NCBI GenBank assembly: GCA_951406725.2
Contig: OX597814.1
Span: 76,136,001 to 76,200,000 of the forward strand
DNA from: Octopus vulgaris
Lineage: Eukaryota
Direction: 5' to 3'
Length of the DNA stretch: 64,000 nt
Both the position numbers and the translations under genes were made by a program. Of the stretch, positions 25,485 to 39,750 are shown one piece after another. The notes beneath the pieces were generated by a model that saw only the letters and a program-made list of their open reading frames with translations, was not told the DNA's origin and did no database searches. The stretch's first letter is position 1; the number at the start of each line of letters is the position of its first letter.

Positions 25485-26975
25485 CACACATGTCAAATTA
25501 TTAGGCAGCTCAGTATTTTCGCACTAACAGTATTTATTCATTCAAATCCAGATATTTTCCCACTGCATGATGATAACACCCATCTGGATGTACTGAACCA
25601 AAATAAATCTGATCCACTCATATATAAAGAAACAACGGCCATTTTTGTTAATAGGCATCATTTTTACTGTCCTAAATTATTAGTTAGGTCTAATAAAAAT
25701 GATAATTATGCAAAAACAAATGTTTATTTAATGCAACAATTAATTTTCAACAACAAATACGATAATAACGGACTTTATAATGGACATAATAATATGCTTG
25801 AATGGAAATAATACAAGAAATATGATATCATAAAGTTCTTAATGATGGATGCATGATCTCCACATGAGAGAACATCCCTGACACATTTATCCACTGAAGT
25901 TGTCAAGGTAACTATTTCATCTGGTGTAATACTGTCAGCAACAGCCACAATAGCTTCCCAGAGCACATCTTTCATTGAAAACTACCATCCATCTTGATAT
26001 ATCTTCCTCTTCAGAACACTTCATAGATATTCAATCGGGTTTATGCCGGGTGAACACACTGGTAGCTTCATCAAATGGTGTCCTGAGAAGCCTAATTGCT
26101 GTAGGTGTTCCAGAAATTTCTTAGCTACATGGGAGCATACATTATCTTACATGAATACTAGCGTTCTCTTTAATGAAACTTTCTGCTTCTACAACCAACT
26201 TATCTCCAATGATGCCAGCCCAAATCATGATTCTGTCTCCCCTTTGTTGGCGTCTCAAACAATGAGGATGATTTCGCTAATTGCAACCCATCCTTCACTC
26301 CACCCATCTGGTCCATCTAGGGTAGCACAGCATTCATAAGGAAAGAGGACTTTTGAAAAATCTATCTTCATGTAGTCTTCTGCCCATTTGATTCTATTTT
26401 GTTTATGAACAGACTTCAGAGGGATCCTTGTAACAGGTTTTACGTTCTTGGCTACCTGCTTCAGAAGAAGACACCTGGTAGATTTTGAAATGTCTTCCAT
26501 ACCACAAAGTTTAAACACTCTCTCAGCTAGTCAGACACGTATTCTTTGCAACTTTCCTTGTTATATGTGACAGGATACTCCTGGAAACAACCCTCAATTT
26601 ACCCTTGTCAGCCTTTGAATGGACTGCAGAAGACTCCACAAATTTCTTCACAGTTCGATGATCTCTTCCCAGGATCTTTGATATTTCCAATGTCATTTTT
26701 GCTTTTCCAAGCCCTGAGACGATGGTGGTCTTCTCATTTCATGTTTTTGACCCATAATAGCACTTTTATTAGGTACTTGCCTAATCATTTAGGACGGTAA
26801 AATTGTTGCTGTTTCACGAAAATAGCCGCCATTTGTTTACATGGATCCAACTTATTTTGCTACAGTATGCGTAGGCAGATGTTGCCATCATTCAGTGAAA
26901 AAATATGTGGATTCAAACAAATAAATACTCTGTTATTTCAAAAAACAGAGCCGCCTGATAGTTTGACATGCAGTG
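25485..26975 (-). mobile_element. Tc1-like DNA transposon with both TIRs, decayed transposase
   Basis: TIR catgtcaaattattaggcagctc / gagccgcctgatagtttgacatg; KWAEDYMKIDFSKVLF..ATLDGPDGW; KDVLWEAI. Confidence 0.85.
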
Positions 26976-27039
26976 TATATCTATATAAGTGTATATAAAT
27001 TATATTCTTATATACATTTATGTATATGCACCCATATAT

Positions 27040-27250
27040 AACATTGGTTTCAAATTTTGGCACAAGGCCAGCAATTTCATGGGAGGAGCAACCCCAGTGT
27101 TCAAAAAATTTGGTACTTATTTTATTGACTGTAAAAGGCTACAAGACAAAGTTGAGCCCACCAGAATTTGAACTCAAAATGTAAAGACAGACAAAATGCC
27201 ACTTAGCATTTTGCCCAGTGTGCTGGCAATTCTGCCAGCTTGCCACCTTA
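27040..27250 (-). mobile_element. tRNA-SINE family A
   Basis: Homology to 9850-10071. Confidence 0.8.
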
Positions 27251-27706
27251 CACCTACATAGAATATTGCACATATCAACATACACATATATGCAAATATC
27301 TACACATTCATATAGCTCATCTCTACATTAATGCTAATATATACGAGTAAAAGTTACATTCATATACTTCCACATAATTATGTACATATAATTTATGCAC
27401 ATAAGCTTATTCATTTACACAAATGAACTACCCTCATACTTGCACCTATAGATATTACAGTCACATTTTCTAAATGACCATCAATTTCTAGACGTACATG
27501 ACTCAGTTCTAGGCTTCATTCTTCCATTTCGTTAGAGTTACTACTACTGCTACTACTACTACTCACACACACAATATTTATACATATATACACACATATT
27601 TATACATACATATATTCACACATATAAATATATATGTAAATATGTGGGTATAAATAAAGTTATGTCTATCAGTTGGCCTATCTAACTACCTATCTTACAT
27701 ACATAC

Positions 27707-27739
<33 letters not shown>

Positions 27740-27745
27740 TGTATG

Positions 27746-27779
<34 letters not shown>

Positions 27780-27793
27780 TGTATGTATGTATG

Positions 27794-27838
<45 letters not shown>

Positions 27839-27841
<3 letters not shown>

Positions 27842-28414
27842 GATGCTAAGCTAAGATTTTCTCATTTTTTTTATCTTTCGTACATTCATTCGCTATTAAC
27901 ATTTTAAATGTATTACTTACAAACAGCTAGTTTCCATGAGCTAACCATTGAAAATGCCCCCTCAAAAATATAATTTTACCTCTCATGTAATTTCGTTAAG
28001 ATAATAACTCGTTTCTCAGTCTGTTTAATTTCATTATTGTTACCATTATTTTCGTTCCTACTTACTATTTCCCCAAACTAAACTCACTTCCGGTTGCAGT
28101 TTATCTATTTAAAAACTCTCATCTCATGTATTTCCCTTCCATTCCAGTTCTTCGCCAAATGATGCTGTGATGTTAAGCTAAGATTTTCTGGGGTTTTTTT
28201 GTCTTTTGTACATTCATTCGCCATTAGCACTTTAAATGTATTACTTACTAACAGCTAGTTTTCATGAGCTAACCATTGAAAATGTCCCCTCAACAAAAAT
28301 TTAATTTTACCTCTCATGTAATTTTGTTAAGATAATTACTTGTTTCTTGGTCTGTTTAATATCATTATTGTTACCATTATTTTAGTCCCTCTTACTATGT
28401 CTCCAAACTAAACT
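27839..28414. repeat. Tandem ~327-bp duplication (27839-28084, 28166-28414), possibly LTR-derived
   Basis: Both copies start tgtgatg(c/t)taagctaagattttct and end ccaaactaaact. Confidence 0.85.
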
Positions 28415-31400
28415 TTGCTTGATCACGGTGCGCCTGCCCTTTCCTGCCCCACCACCAATACTGGATATCTCTATCTTCCCACCATCTACATCGGATATCT
28501 CTCCTCCCACCACCATTACCTGTTGTCTATTCTCCCAACCCCTCCTCCTCACTGGGCTGTTCTCTATATATTACCTGCACTCTTTCTCTCTCCTGGGACA
28601 AATGCAACCAGCCTAGCTGCTCATCCATCCACCTACTTAACCTGCTATCTTTCATTTCGTTCTGTCTAGAAATTTGTCACCACCATTACCAGATATCTCT
28701 TTCTCAATTCCCCCTTCTCACTGGTGCTATTCCCTATATTACCTGCACTCTCTCTTTCTCTATCTCTCTCCCTCTCTTTCTCTATCTCTCTACTGGGACA
28801 AACGCAGCCAGGTTATCTGCCCACCTACCTAACTGAGTATCTTTCATTTCATTTTCATTCTATCTAGAAACATGCCAACAAGTATCCAAAAATTTTCCTT
28901 GGCCTTATCAAGTGAAGGAGAAAGCTATTCAGCTGTCCATGTGTACTTGTTCCTGTGTGTGGGTGAGCTTGTATGTATGTAGGGATGAGCTTGTTTCCTC
29001 TCTCTGTCTGAACCCTCCCCTGTAGGTGGTACCCTCCATCATACCTGCAATCTCCCTCTTCCTTGACAAACGCAATCAGTTTTAGCTGACTTCTTCCTAA
29101 TCTAACATTGAACATTGGAATATCCTTATTTCTGCTATACTGCTTAAATCTACATCATTCGATGATCATAGTGCTTATGCTTACAATGCTGCTAACATCG
29201 GCTCCTACCTCCAGTAGGGGCAACAATCTTAATATGCTTGAATGTTTGAATGTTGTCAGGTCGGAAGAGAGAACAGATGAAGCATGCCTAAAAAACGAAC
29301 ACCACAACAATCCTCTTCTTTTCAGGTGCTGTATAGCATATCTCCTCCCAAAGCCCCACCCCACATTCCCTTCCCAGTTTTCAGAGTTGGTACTGTCAAT
29401 GTTGGCACACTGAAAGGTAGGTCTGGTGAGATTGTAGAGATGCTTGAGAGAAGATGGGTTGATGTATGCTGCAGACAAGAAGTAAGATGGAGAGGAGCTT
29501 CAGCTAGGGTCCTCACAGGCAAGGCACATAGGTATAAAGTCTTCTGGCAAGGTAACATGGATGGCATAGGGGTGTAGGCATACTCCTTGCAGAGAAATTG
29601 GTGGATAAGGTCATAGAGGTTGTTAGAGTATGTCATAGAGTGCTTAAGCTCAGGCTAGTCCTGCAGAATAGCACAGCTACTATTATCTCTGCCTACGCCC
29701 CACATGCAGGGCTACCAAATGAACAGAAGGACCACTTTTATGATACCCTTCTACAGGCTACCTCAAAGATAAGTGGCATGACCTCATCTTTGTGGCTGGA
29801 GATTTTAATGGGCATGTTGGGCAGAAATCTGGTATCTTCACTGGTATACACAGGGGCCATGGTATTGGTTCCTGGAATGGCGAGGGAACTAGGCTACTGG
29901 AATTCTGTGATGCATGTAACCTTTTAATCTGCAACACTTAGTTCAAGAAGCCAGAAAGCCACCTGATAATCTATCAATCAGGGGACTCTGCGAGCCAGAT
30001 TGATTTCATCCTCACCAGACAGTGGGACGCAGGGTTGCTCTTAAATACAAAGACCCTCCCAGGTGAGGAATGCACCTCCCAGCATAGACTAGTTATTAGT
30101 GACTTTCGACTCCGACCAGCAGGATGCCTAGAAGCAGACTAATCCAGAAGAGAAGGATTTGGAAGCTAAAGAATCCTTCACATGGTTAGAGATTTAGGGA
30201 CATCTTCATCAAGAAATTTGATGAGAGGAAGGAAGAACTACAGAACTCAGACATAGAAGGTAGCTGGAAATTCTTACAGGACAGCTTACTGAGTGCCATA
30301 GACCAAGTCTGCGGATGGTGCAAAGTCTCTACCAGACCTAGAGTAATGTGGTGGTGGAATAATATGGTTGACAAAGCCATCAGAGCAAAGAATCAGGCCT
30401 GGAAAGCCTGGAAGGGTGGGAGTAGCAGGGAACTGTACCAGATAGCCAAAGGGGAGGCTGGGTGACAGGTATACATAACCAAGGGCAAAGCAGAAAAGAA
30501 GAAGTTTGCCAATGTCCAGCGACGTAAGGACCAAAGAACTGAAGTATTCCGGATTGCAAGACAGTGTGTGAGAGAAAATTATGATGTCACAGAAGAGAAA
30601 TGTATCCGCATGGATGATGGTGCACTTGCTTTTAATGATTTGGAAAAGAAAGTGGCTTGGGGGTGTCATCATGAAAGACTGTTGAACGTGGAGAATGAGT
30701 GGGAGGAGGAGAGCTTACCAAGTGTTGATCCAGTAGAGGGACCAGCTATCTGAATAGATAACACCCTGGTAGATAAAGCAATTAAGAATTAAAAAAAGCC
30801 TCTGGCCTATCAGGAATCACCACTGTGATGCTTAAAACATCTGGTGGTGTGGGCTATGGCCTAGTCACCCGTATTGTAAACTAGGTAGTTCATGATGGAG
30901 TCATACCCAATGACTGGCGTAGCAGTACCATAGTCAACTGCTACAAAGGTAAAGGTGATGCTTTAGATAGAAATAACTACAGGTGTATCAAACTGCTGGA
31001 TCAGGTGATGAAGGTCACAGAGAGAGTCATAGCCCTTCTCATTAAGGAGAGAGTCCACTTAGATGAGAAGCAGTTCAGTTTTATGTCAGGTAGAAGCACC
31101 ACTGATGCTATATCCCTGGTACGGCAACTGCAGGAGAAATACCTAGCCAAAGATAAACCCCTATATTTGGCTTTTGTAGACTTGGAAAAAGCCTTTGACA
31201 GGGTTCCCCGATCCCTTATCTGGTGGGCAACGTGGAAACTGGAGATTGACGTATTGTTAATAAGGGTTGTACAGGCCCTATACAGAGATGCCATCAGTAG
31301 AGTTAAGATTGGAAATGAGTATAGTGAAGAATTCCAGGTAGAAGTAGGAGTCCACCAAGAATCAGCCCTCAGCCCCCTCTTACTCATCAGGCAATAACAG

Positions 31401-32020
31401 TGACAATAACAGAGGAATTTAAGACAGGTTGCCCTTGGGAACTCCTCTATTCTGATGATCTGGCCCTCATAGCAGAATCACTACCAGAACTAGAGAAGAA
31501 ATTTCAGGTGTGGAAGCGAGGTTTAGAATCAAAGGGCCTTAGAGTCAATGTTGCAAAGACCAAAGTTCTAGTAAGTAGGAAGGCAAACACATCACACACC
31601 CCTGCAGGTAGGTGGCCCTTCTCGATCTGTAGAAAAGGTATAGGTAGAGATGTTTGCATTGGTATGATCATGTACTGCTGATGGACGAGGAGAGCTGTGT
31701 AAAGAAGTGCCACTCCCAAACAGTGGAAGGAATCTGGGGTAGAGGGAGACCCAGGAGGACATGGGATGAGGTGGTGAATCATGACCTTCAAACATTGAGC
31801 CTCACAGAGGCAATGACAAAAGACTGAGACCTTTGGAGGTATGCTGTGACTGAGAAGACCCAGCAAATAAAGTGAGTCCACTGCTGTAACCTACACCAGT
31901 GTTGCATAACCAGTCCACTCAAAAGTACCTTGGATTGTAGGGTGGCCTGTCATGCTTGAGGAGACTTACTGAGTCAAGTACATCATAAGCAATATCAAAA
32001 TGAAATCAAATGGAAATTTG
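28415..32020 (+). mobile_element. Near-full-length RTE LINE (APE endonuclease + RT), disabled, with internal deletion
   Basis: RVGTVNVGTL; QEVRW; IISAYAP; AGDFNGHVG; AFVDLEKAFDRVP; GVHQESALSP; LLYSDDL; GRGRPRRTWDEV. Confidence 0.92.
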
Positions 32021-32429
32021 TGTGGTATATGTGCATTGATGTGTGTGCATGTGTGTATATGTATGCATGTGTGTGTATGTATGCATGTGTGTGTGTGTAT
32101 ATCTACATATGTGTATGTATGTGTGTGTGTTTATAGAAATGAAATAAAATATAAGAAAATAAGGTTGATAAATATAAAAAAACGGGGGAGAGGGTATGAG
32201 ATGTAAAAAACTTTTTTACAAAAATTAGCAGAGGCAAGATAAAAAAGAAAACAATAAAAATTAAAGGGATAAAATAGAAATTAATACAATTATAAAAAAT
32301 AGCGCGATTAAAAAGTTAAACAATATGATGGAAAGAAAATGATAAAAAAAGATAAAAAATCGAGACGGGGTTAACATTGTAAAAAAGTAAATGGGTATAA
32401 GGGAGGATAATGTAGGATGAGCTAAAATT

Positions 32430-33110
32430 AAAATGAAATGTTGCTTTTTTTACGGAGTTTGTAGAGACAGTCATTAAGAGTCCAAAAGGGATTAGTGTTT
32501 GTAGACTGAAAATGTAACGCTGTTCCAGGTGGAGTCACGAGTGTGTGGATCCATGGTGTAGGGCGAGGCCAAAGACGGAGATATTAGAAGAGGCGTGATT
32601 GGCCAAGTGGAAATGACAGGTGACGGGGGTGTTTGTGCATAGCTGAACGTCTCTTAGATGTTCGATGAACCGATCGGCCACCCGGCGGCCAGTTTGACCT
32701 ACGTAGAGTTTATTACAGAGATTGCATCTAATGCAATTGATAAGGCTTGGAAAGGTGCAGGAGAAGGAGTTAGTAATGTGGAGAGTGTACTGGTTGGAAC
32801 CAATGAGGGAGGTGGTGTTGATGATGGAAGGGCAGGTGTGGCAGTGACATCTAGTGCAAGGGAAGGATTTGGGTGGGGCTGGGGGGAAGAGGAGAAGATG
32901 CTACAGACCAGTAGATCATGTAGGTTTCAGGCGCATTTAAAGGAGGATAAGGGTGGGTTGGGGAAAATGGGGTGGGTGGTGAGATCTAGCTGGAGACGAT
33001 GGAAGGCCCATATGATCCTCTGATGAAGGGATAATGTGGAGGGGTGGAAAAGAAGGGGAAATGGGGTGCAGTTAGGGGATTGGTGTTGGGAAGGAAAGAG
33101 AGCGGTGGTA
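32430..33110 (-). mobile_element. Penelope-like element fragment (linker + GIY-YIG)
   Basis: HRLQLDLTTHPIFPNPP; CNLCNKLYVGQTGRRVADRFIEHLRD..HF..LEQRYIFSLQTL. Confidence 0.85.
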
Positions 33111-33555
33111 CGATATATATATATGAGATATATATATATATGCACGTACACTTGTGTGTATAAATGCACATGTATACACATATATATGTATATATATCTA
33201 CCTGTGTATATGCACACACATACACACACATTCATACACAAAATACATCTAATAGTATACCAGTATACCATAGTAGTTGTTGCAGCAGTAGTAAAATTAT
33301 TGTTGGTTTTAGCAATAAAATACCACAATACATCACTTCCACCACACTGGTTGTCATAGATCTAACACTAGTTAATCATATTAACTCTTCTACAAATATT
33401 GCAGTCATTTCAGTTAATACCATTCAGTGACAATCTTATATGTTAAAAAGAGTTACCTTGAAATTCTCGTTTAGGCTCACCATTACAAAATATCTCTAGT
33501 TGGCATTTTAGCTATATATTCCTTGCTCAATATTCATATATATATATATATATAT

Positions 33556-34090
33556 ACAGGGTGATTGGGCTAAATTTGACGATTTTCTTATGTGTCCTTT
33601 TTCAGGAATTGTTTGATGAATTGGTGAATGGTCAATGACATTGAAGAGCATACAGATTAAAGATGCAGTTGAGAAAAAGCTACCTGACATGGAGGACTGG
33701 AAGCTATGTGAATTTTGGAAAAGAGCTACCTGTATCATGATGATTTATGTCAGGTATCAAAACGCCAACATATGAATCATGCTCAGTGCTCTGTGGGCAC
33801 TGTAAAGGCTGTAAGACATGACATGGACAGCTGCATCAGAGACTACAAAGCCATGGCCATCAGGAAGGGACACAGCAGATGTTCTGTGTTTGCAGGCCAG
33901 AATTCATCCAACACATGATGAACAGGGCCTTAGGTTCAATTCAATCAGCTATAAGAAGCTGATGGATATTCTAGTTAATTCCTGGCTGTAAAGAGTTGTT
34001 GCAGGATGTCCATATGTGTGGCAGCAGGATTCAGCTTCTTGCCATAACTCCAGAAAGAGCCAAAAGTGCTTGTCAACATGGCCATTCTAA
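33556..34090 (+). mobile_element. IS630-Tc1-mariner (maT-like) relic
   Basis: TA-CAGGGTG terminus; PYVWQQDSASCHNSRKSQK. Confidence 0.7.
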
Positions 34091-34439
34091 TTTTTGACTA
34101 AGTAACAATGTACTTGTACACAAACAAAACTAACATAATTCTACCACAGCTGACATCAATCCTTGGGAAGTAATTCTTCTGTCCTGGAAAAAGTTGTAAT
34201 TTTTCAATTTCATTATGTATCCAGCATAAAAAAAGGTTATACACTTTCAGTCCCATGTCAGAGGAGTCCTTGAAATTGTCAAGGGCATTAACCAGTGTGA
34301 AACCACCATTAGCATTTTGACCAGTTATAAGTCATAATCAGTAATATACTGCTCAATAATAAAAAAATATCTATTTGTATATCAGTCTGTCTACTTATCT
34401 ATCAACCTATTTATCTCTGTGTGTATGTGTGTGTGTGCG

Positions 34440-34513
<74 letters not shown>

Positions 34514-34544
34514 CATACATATATATATATATGTATATATGCAT

Positions 34545-35025
34545 ATATGGGTACAGGACGTCACCAACTGTAAATAACATGAAGAATGAAAACAAACAAG
34601 TTAAATATGCTAACAAAAAGAGAAAAATTGGAAAAGTGGACAAGTAACACAAAAAACAATGCTTCATCAATTGTCAGCTGTCTATCTACTCCTCGTTTCA
34701 AGCATTCAACGACAATATGAGTCTTTAAAGACAGTTGTTCCCATAACTTCCAAAATAAATTTTGGGTTTATGGAGGGTAAAAGTTGGGAACAAAAATAGG
34801 ACAGTAGCAACATATAAGGAAACTGAATGAAAACAAACATGGAGTGTCTCGTTAGACAAGAACGAGGGGAATGCTCGAAATGAGGAGTATATAGGCAGGT
34901 GACAACTAAGGAAGGGTCGTTCTTTGTGTTACTTGTTCTTTTATCCATTTCTTTTCTCTTGTTTGCATTTTTAACTGTTTGCATACTTCATGTTGTTTAC
35001 AGTTGGTGACGTCCTATACCCATAT
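34545..35025. mobile_element. Non-coding PLE-like unit with ~160-bp inverted ends
   Basis: 34545-34705 is inverted at 34871-35025; homologous to 36760-37085. Confidence 0.7.
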
Positions 35026-35044
35026 ATACATATATATATATATA

Positions 35045-35108
<64 letters not shown>

Positions 35109-35318
35109 GAGTAAATAATTTCTTTAATGGTTTTTAAAAAAAAACCAACAATTATTTACTGGTAGCTTTCGGCATGTAAATATAACCATTAATGGTAGGA
35201 ACTTCTATAAAGTTCAGTATATATATATATTGTATATAAATAAAAGGGGCAGGCAACAGGTTGCTTAGCCATTTGTAGAAAATAGAAATAAACATTCTAT
35301 GACTGCTATTTCTAATTT

Positions 35319-35375
<57 letters not shown>

Positions 35376-36283
35376 TGATATATCTGTCCAAACGAAGTGA
35401 TATAGTCGCCACTATTTCAGCCTCGCCTCTTTTTGCATATTCTGTATAATTCATTATTATCGATATATATTTAAGATCTATCTCCTTACAGGGTATAGAA
35501 TATCTTCGAGGTTCTTCCTCTCCCCTTTCACATTGATACCTTCCATGATAGATAGATAGATAGATAGATAGACTAGATAGATAGATATTGATCATTCCTA
35601 CAGGGCTGATAGAATTCCATCTTCGATAGACCTCTTCCCTTCCTACCTCCTGGCCATGCATACTTAAGCTAGTAACCTGCCCACTATTCACTTTGCGTTG
35701 TCCTAAACGAGTGATCCCAAGATAGATCTTTGAACTTTAATTCATCCCGTATCTCTATCTATTATTTATTATTTATTATTTATTATTATTCTGATCCCCT
35801 AGTCGCCACTCTGTTTACTTCGCCTCGCCTCGTTTTGCATATCGTATAATTCATTAGTTATCGAGATATTTAAGATCTATCTCCCACAGGGCTGATAGAA
35901 TTGGGCCCGGCGCCCCCCACCACCCCACCACCAATACCGTATCTTTTTTGCTCCAACTATACCGGATGTCGTTTCTCCCACCACCATTATAGGTGTCTAC
36001 TCTTTAACCCCTCATGCTATTTCACCATGCATACCCTCTTGATATCCTACGCTCTTGCCTAGAACCTTCCTAACCATCCCTCCATTGCCCTATATTTACC
36101 CCCCAAAAGCACCATCCGAACATGGCATGCCCCTCTCACCTGCAGGTGGACGAAAAACCACAACCGAGTGTGGTTGGGGCATCCAGCTGTAGAAACACGC
36201 GACTAGACTGAGTGGGGCACCCAGCCCAGACCGGCGAACCAACGCGGAAAACGACGAAATGAATGATGATGATGATATAGAAG

Positions 36284-36387
<104 letters not shown>

Positions 36388-36410
36388 GTGTGTAAATATA
36401 TATATATATT

Positions 36411-36447
<37 letters not shown>

Positions 36448-36759
36448 TATTTATGTTATTATCTAATTGAATGCCATGCAGCCATTTCCAAGTTTATCTT
36501 AACCTTTTTGATGCAACACTACTCTGTACTGTTTTTCTCCTCAATCCTTCTCTACTTCCCCTTTTCTCCCCTTCACCATTTTCTATCTCTCTCTCCCTCT
36601 CCCCTCTTTCTCTTTCTCTCTCTCTCTCTTATTGCTCACATGTGACCATCGACCATCTTCCTTTTCCCGCAAGACATCATAAGCACTGGACCTCTTCTAC
36701 CTCTCTCTTCAATCTTTTCTCTTTTCAAAGAGAATATTTCTCCCAGCATTCATTATTTT

Positions 36760-37085
36760 TTCCACGTTCTGGTCAAGAAGACCCTCCATGTTTATTTTCG
36801 TTTGGTTTCCTTATATGTCAGCCCTGTCCTGTTTTTTTTCCCAACTTTGATCCTTCATAAATCCAAAATTTTATTTTGGAAGTTATGGGAGCAACTGTCT
36901 TCGAAGACTCATATTGTCATTGAATGCTCGAAATGAAGAGTAGATAGACAGCTGACAGCTGATGAAGGGTCGTTCTTTGTGTTACTTGCTTTGTTTCCCA
37001 TTTTTCTGTCTTGTTGTTTGCATACTTAACTCATTTGCTTTTGTAGTCCATGTTGTTTACAGCTGGTGATGTCCTGTACCCATAT
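36760..37085 (+). mobile_element. Second copy of the 34545 family, with GAAA and CTGATGA motifs
   Basis: Reverse complement of 34545-34870. Confidence 0.75.
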
Positions 37086-37144
37086 ATGCATATACACACA
37101 GACACACACACACAGACACACACACATATATATATATACACACA

Positions 37145-37209
<65 letters not shown>

Positions 37210-37244
37210 ACATATATATATATAAACAAAGTATAATTTCAAGT

Positions 37245-37289
<45 letters not shown>

Positions 37290-37308
37290 CTGCATTTCAA
37301 ATCCTCTT

Positions 37309-37364
<56 letters not shown>

Positions 37365-37458
37365 GTATGTATGTATGTATGTACATATGTATATGTATAT
37401 ATTATTTATATTATTTAATTCAACACCACACATCCATTTCCAAGTAAGTTTATATATA

Positions 37459-37617
<159 letters not shown>

Positions 37618-38190
37618 GAGCTTCTTTCAGTTTTCTTCTACAATATTCACTCATAAGACTTGGGCCTGCTCACATCTATTGCACATTACTCTAACACAAG
37701 GTCACATTCAGGAGCAAATATTTCAAGTAGTAGAGTTTTACATAATTTTATTAGTTACTAATTTATGGACTTAATCCTATTTCAGTCCATGCTATCATGT
37801 TCCCAACAATTAAAACAACATTCTGCGTGAATACTAAATATAAATCTTTTTCCAAGAAGAAAAATAGAAAGAAAGAAGGAGTGAAAGAAAGAAGAGGGAT
37901 GAAAAGGAGAATTAAGTGATTAAGCATTAAACATTGGAAGGGTAAGACGTGAGATCAGATAAAATAAAAGAGAAGGAAAACCAGCAGGCAGGCTAAATTT
38001 ATGTCCAACTTAGACTTATTTGTGTAATGGAGTTTCAGGTGTGTGTGGAAGGGGGTTTCAGCCTTGATCAAATGTTTTCATGTGATTTTGCAATAGAAAT
38101 AATTTACATTTAATTAAACTAATCTGGTTTAATCTTGATACACACTAACTTAACAGCAGATATATAAATGCAGCAACTTTCATTTATTAA

Positions 38191-38704
38191 TCTATAAATA
38201 TAAAACTGTAGTTGTGTGAGTGTCTGTCCCCTTCGATTTAGATTCCTAACTACTCCCACATTTTGCGGTGCAGTTTAACCAAATTTGGGTATCTTATATG
38301 TCGTGATTCATATCGAGCCCGTCTGAGTATTAGCGCGCGTCTACGATGAGTCTACGATTTTAAAAATGATTTAACATCATTTTTTATTCCATTTTAATTC
38401 ATAATTTTTCGTGTGTCGATGGCGGCGGAGTTGGCGTCCATGGTCACACCTGCACCTGTTTGCTTCTCCCCCTTCTTCCCTCCCTCGTGAAGCTGTGGGG
38501 AAGGGAGTGTAAGGAAATCAACGTCGTAAAGCGTTGTCAAGGAGACCAGCGTTCTTTTAGAACAACGACTTCATGGCTTGAAGACACCAAAACAGAAATG
38601 GCTAAGAAAGCCCAAATTGGCATCTATAAGGGAAGTAACTCTCTAAAAATGCTTATATAGTTATTTCTCTTACAAACCCGAGCAATGCCGGGCGATACTG
38701 CTAG
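38191..38704 (+). mobile_element. Complete 514-bp non-autonomous Helitron
   Basis: A/TC 5' end, CCCGAGCAATGCCGGG hairpin at 38677-38692, CTAG/T 3' end, CpG-rich. Confidence 0.9.
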
Positions 38705-38742
38705 TGTAACATAAACATTAAGTATTAGTACTAAGGACTCTA

Positions 38743-38958
38743 AGGCGGAGAGCTGGCAGAATCGTTAACACACCAGTGAAATGCTTAGCAACATTTCTTC
38801 TAGCTTATTATGTTCTGAGTTCAAATTTTCCTAAGTTTGACTTTGTGTTTCATCTTTTTGGACTTGATAAACAAGTACCACTTGTGCACAGGAGTTGATG
38901 TAATCAACAGCCCTTCCCCAAACTTTTCAGACTTTGTGCCTATAGTAGAAAGGATTAT
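38743..38958 (+). mobile_element. tRNA-SINE family A
   Basis: aggcggagagctggcagaatcgtt..gagttcaaatt. Confidence 0.85.
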
Positions 38959-39750
38959 TTGGAACTCTTCATAACAAAATAGTAACACTATTTCTGCATA
39001 ATAATTAATAATCTACAATAATATCTATGAAGCAATACCTCATTTATTGATTTTTCCATTTTATTGATATTTTTTAATCAAATTATAAAATAAACATTTA
39101 ATAGTTAATTGTGCCAAATAAATGTTAAACATTCATCTTGATTGCTTTTAAAATTCAATTACTGCATTACACATTGATCATGTGCATATGTGTTTGTTTA
39201 TTCATTCAGTTATTCAGTTAGCATATTGACTTGTTCAAGCATGTTGTATTCACAATCTTAATGCTGTTCTTTTGTTTTAAAAACTTTTGAATTAATTCAT
39301 TCTTCCAATGAACCAGACTGAAAGAAAAGTATAGCAGTCAATTGATAATATACACAAACATAAAACAACTTTACAAACAAAATACAAGATCATAAATGAA
39401 CAACACAAAGCTAGAAAGGTGATTAAAGATTTAACTTCAAAATTTTTCTTTGGGTCAATTAATTGTATCTACAATTTTAATGGATGAAGGAAAATATCAG
39501 AATGGAATTAAAAGTGCCCACTACTTGCAATCTTCAAAGGTATGCAATAAATAAATGTTCAACTTTATTCCTCACAGAGAAAAGCGTTCGTCAACTTCAG
39601 TAACTGATCTCAAATATTATGACTAAATATGCCTATTAGGTGAGCTGTAATTTATGCTAAAACTTTATCTATTTTTAAGATGCTTCAAGATAACAATAAC
39701 AACAACTGCAAAGAAACATTTACTACAAGAAATGCATGGTATTATATATA

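Noticed and set aside
34090-34332. ~80-codon open stretch on the minus strand
   Set aside because: Length expected by chance in 64 kb; at most a faint ALD..FD LINE relic
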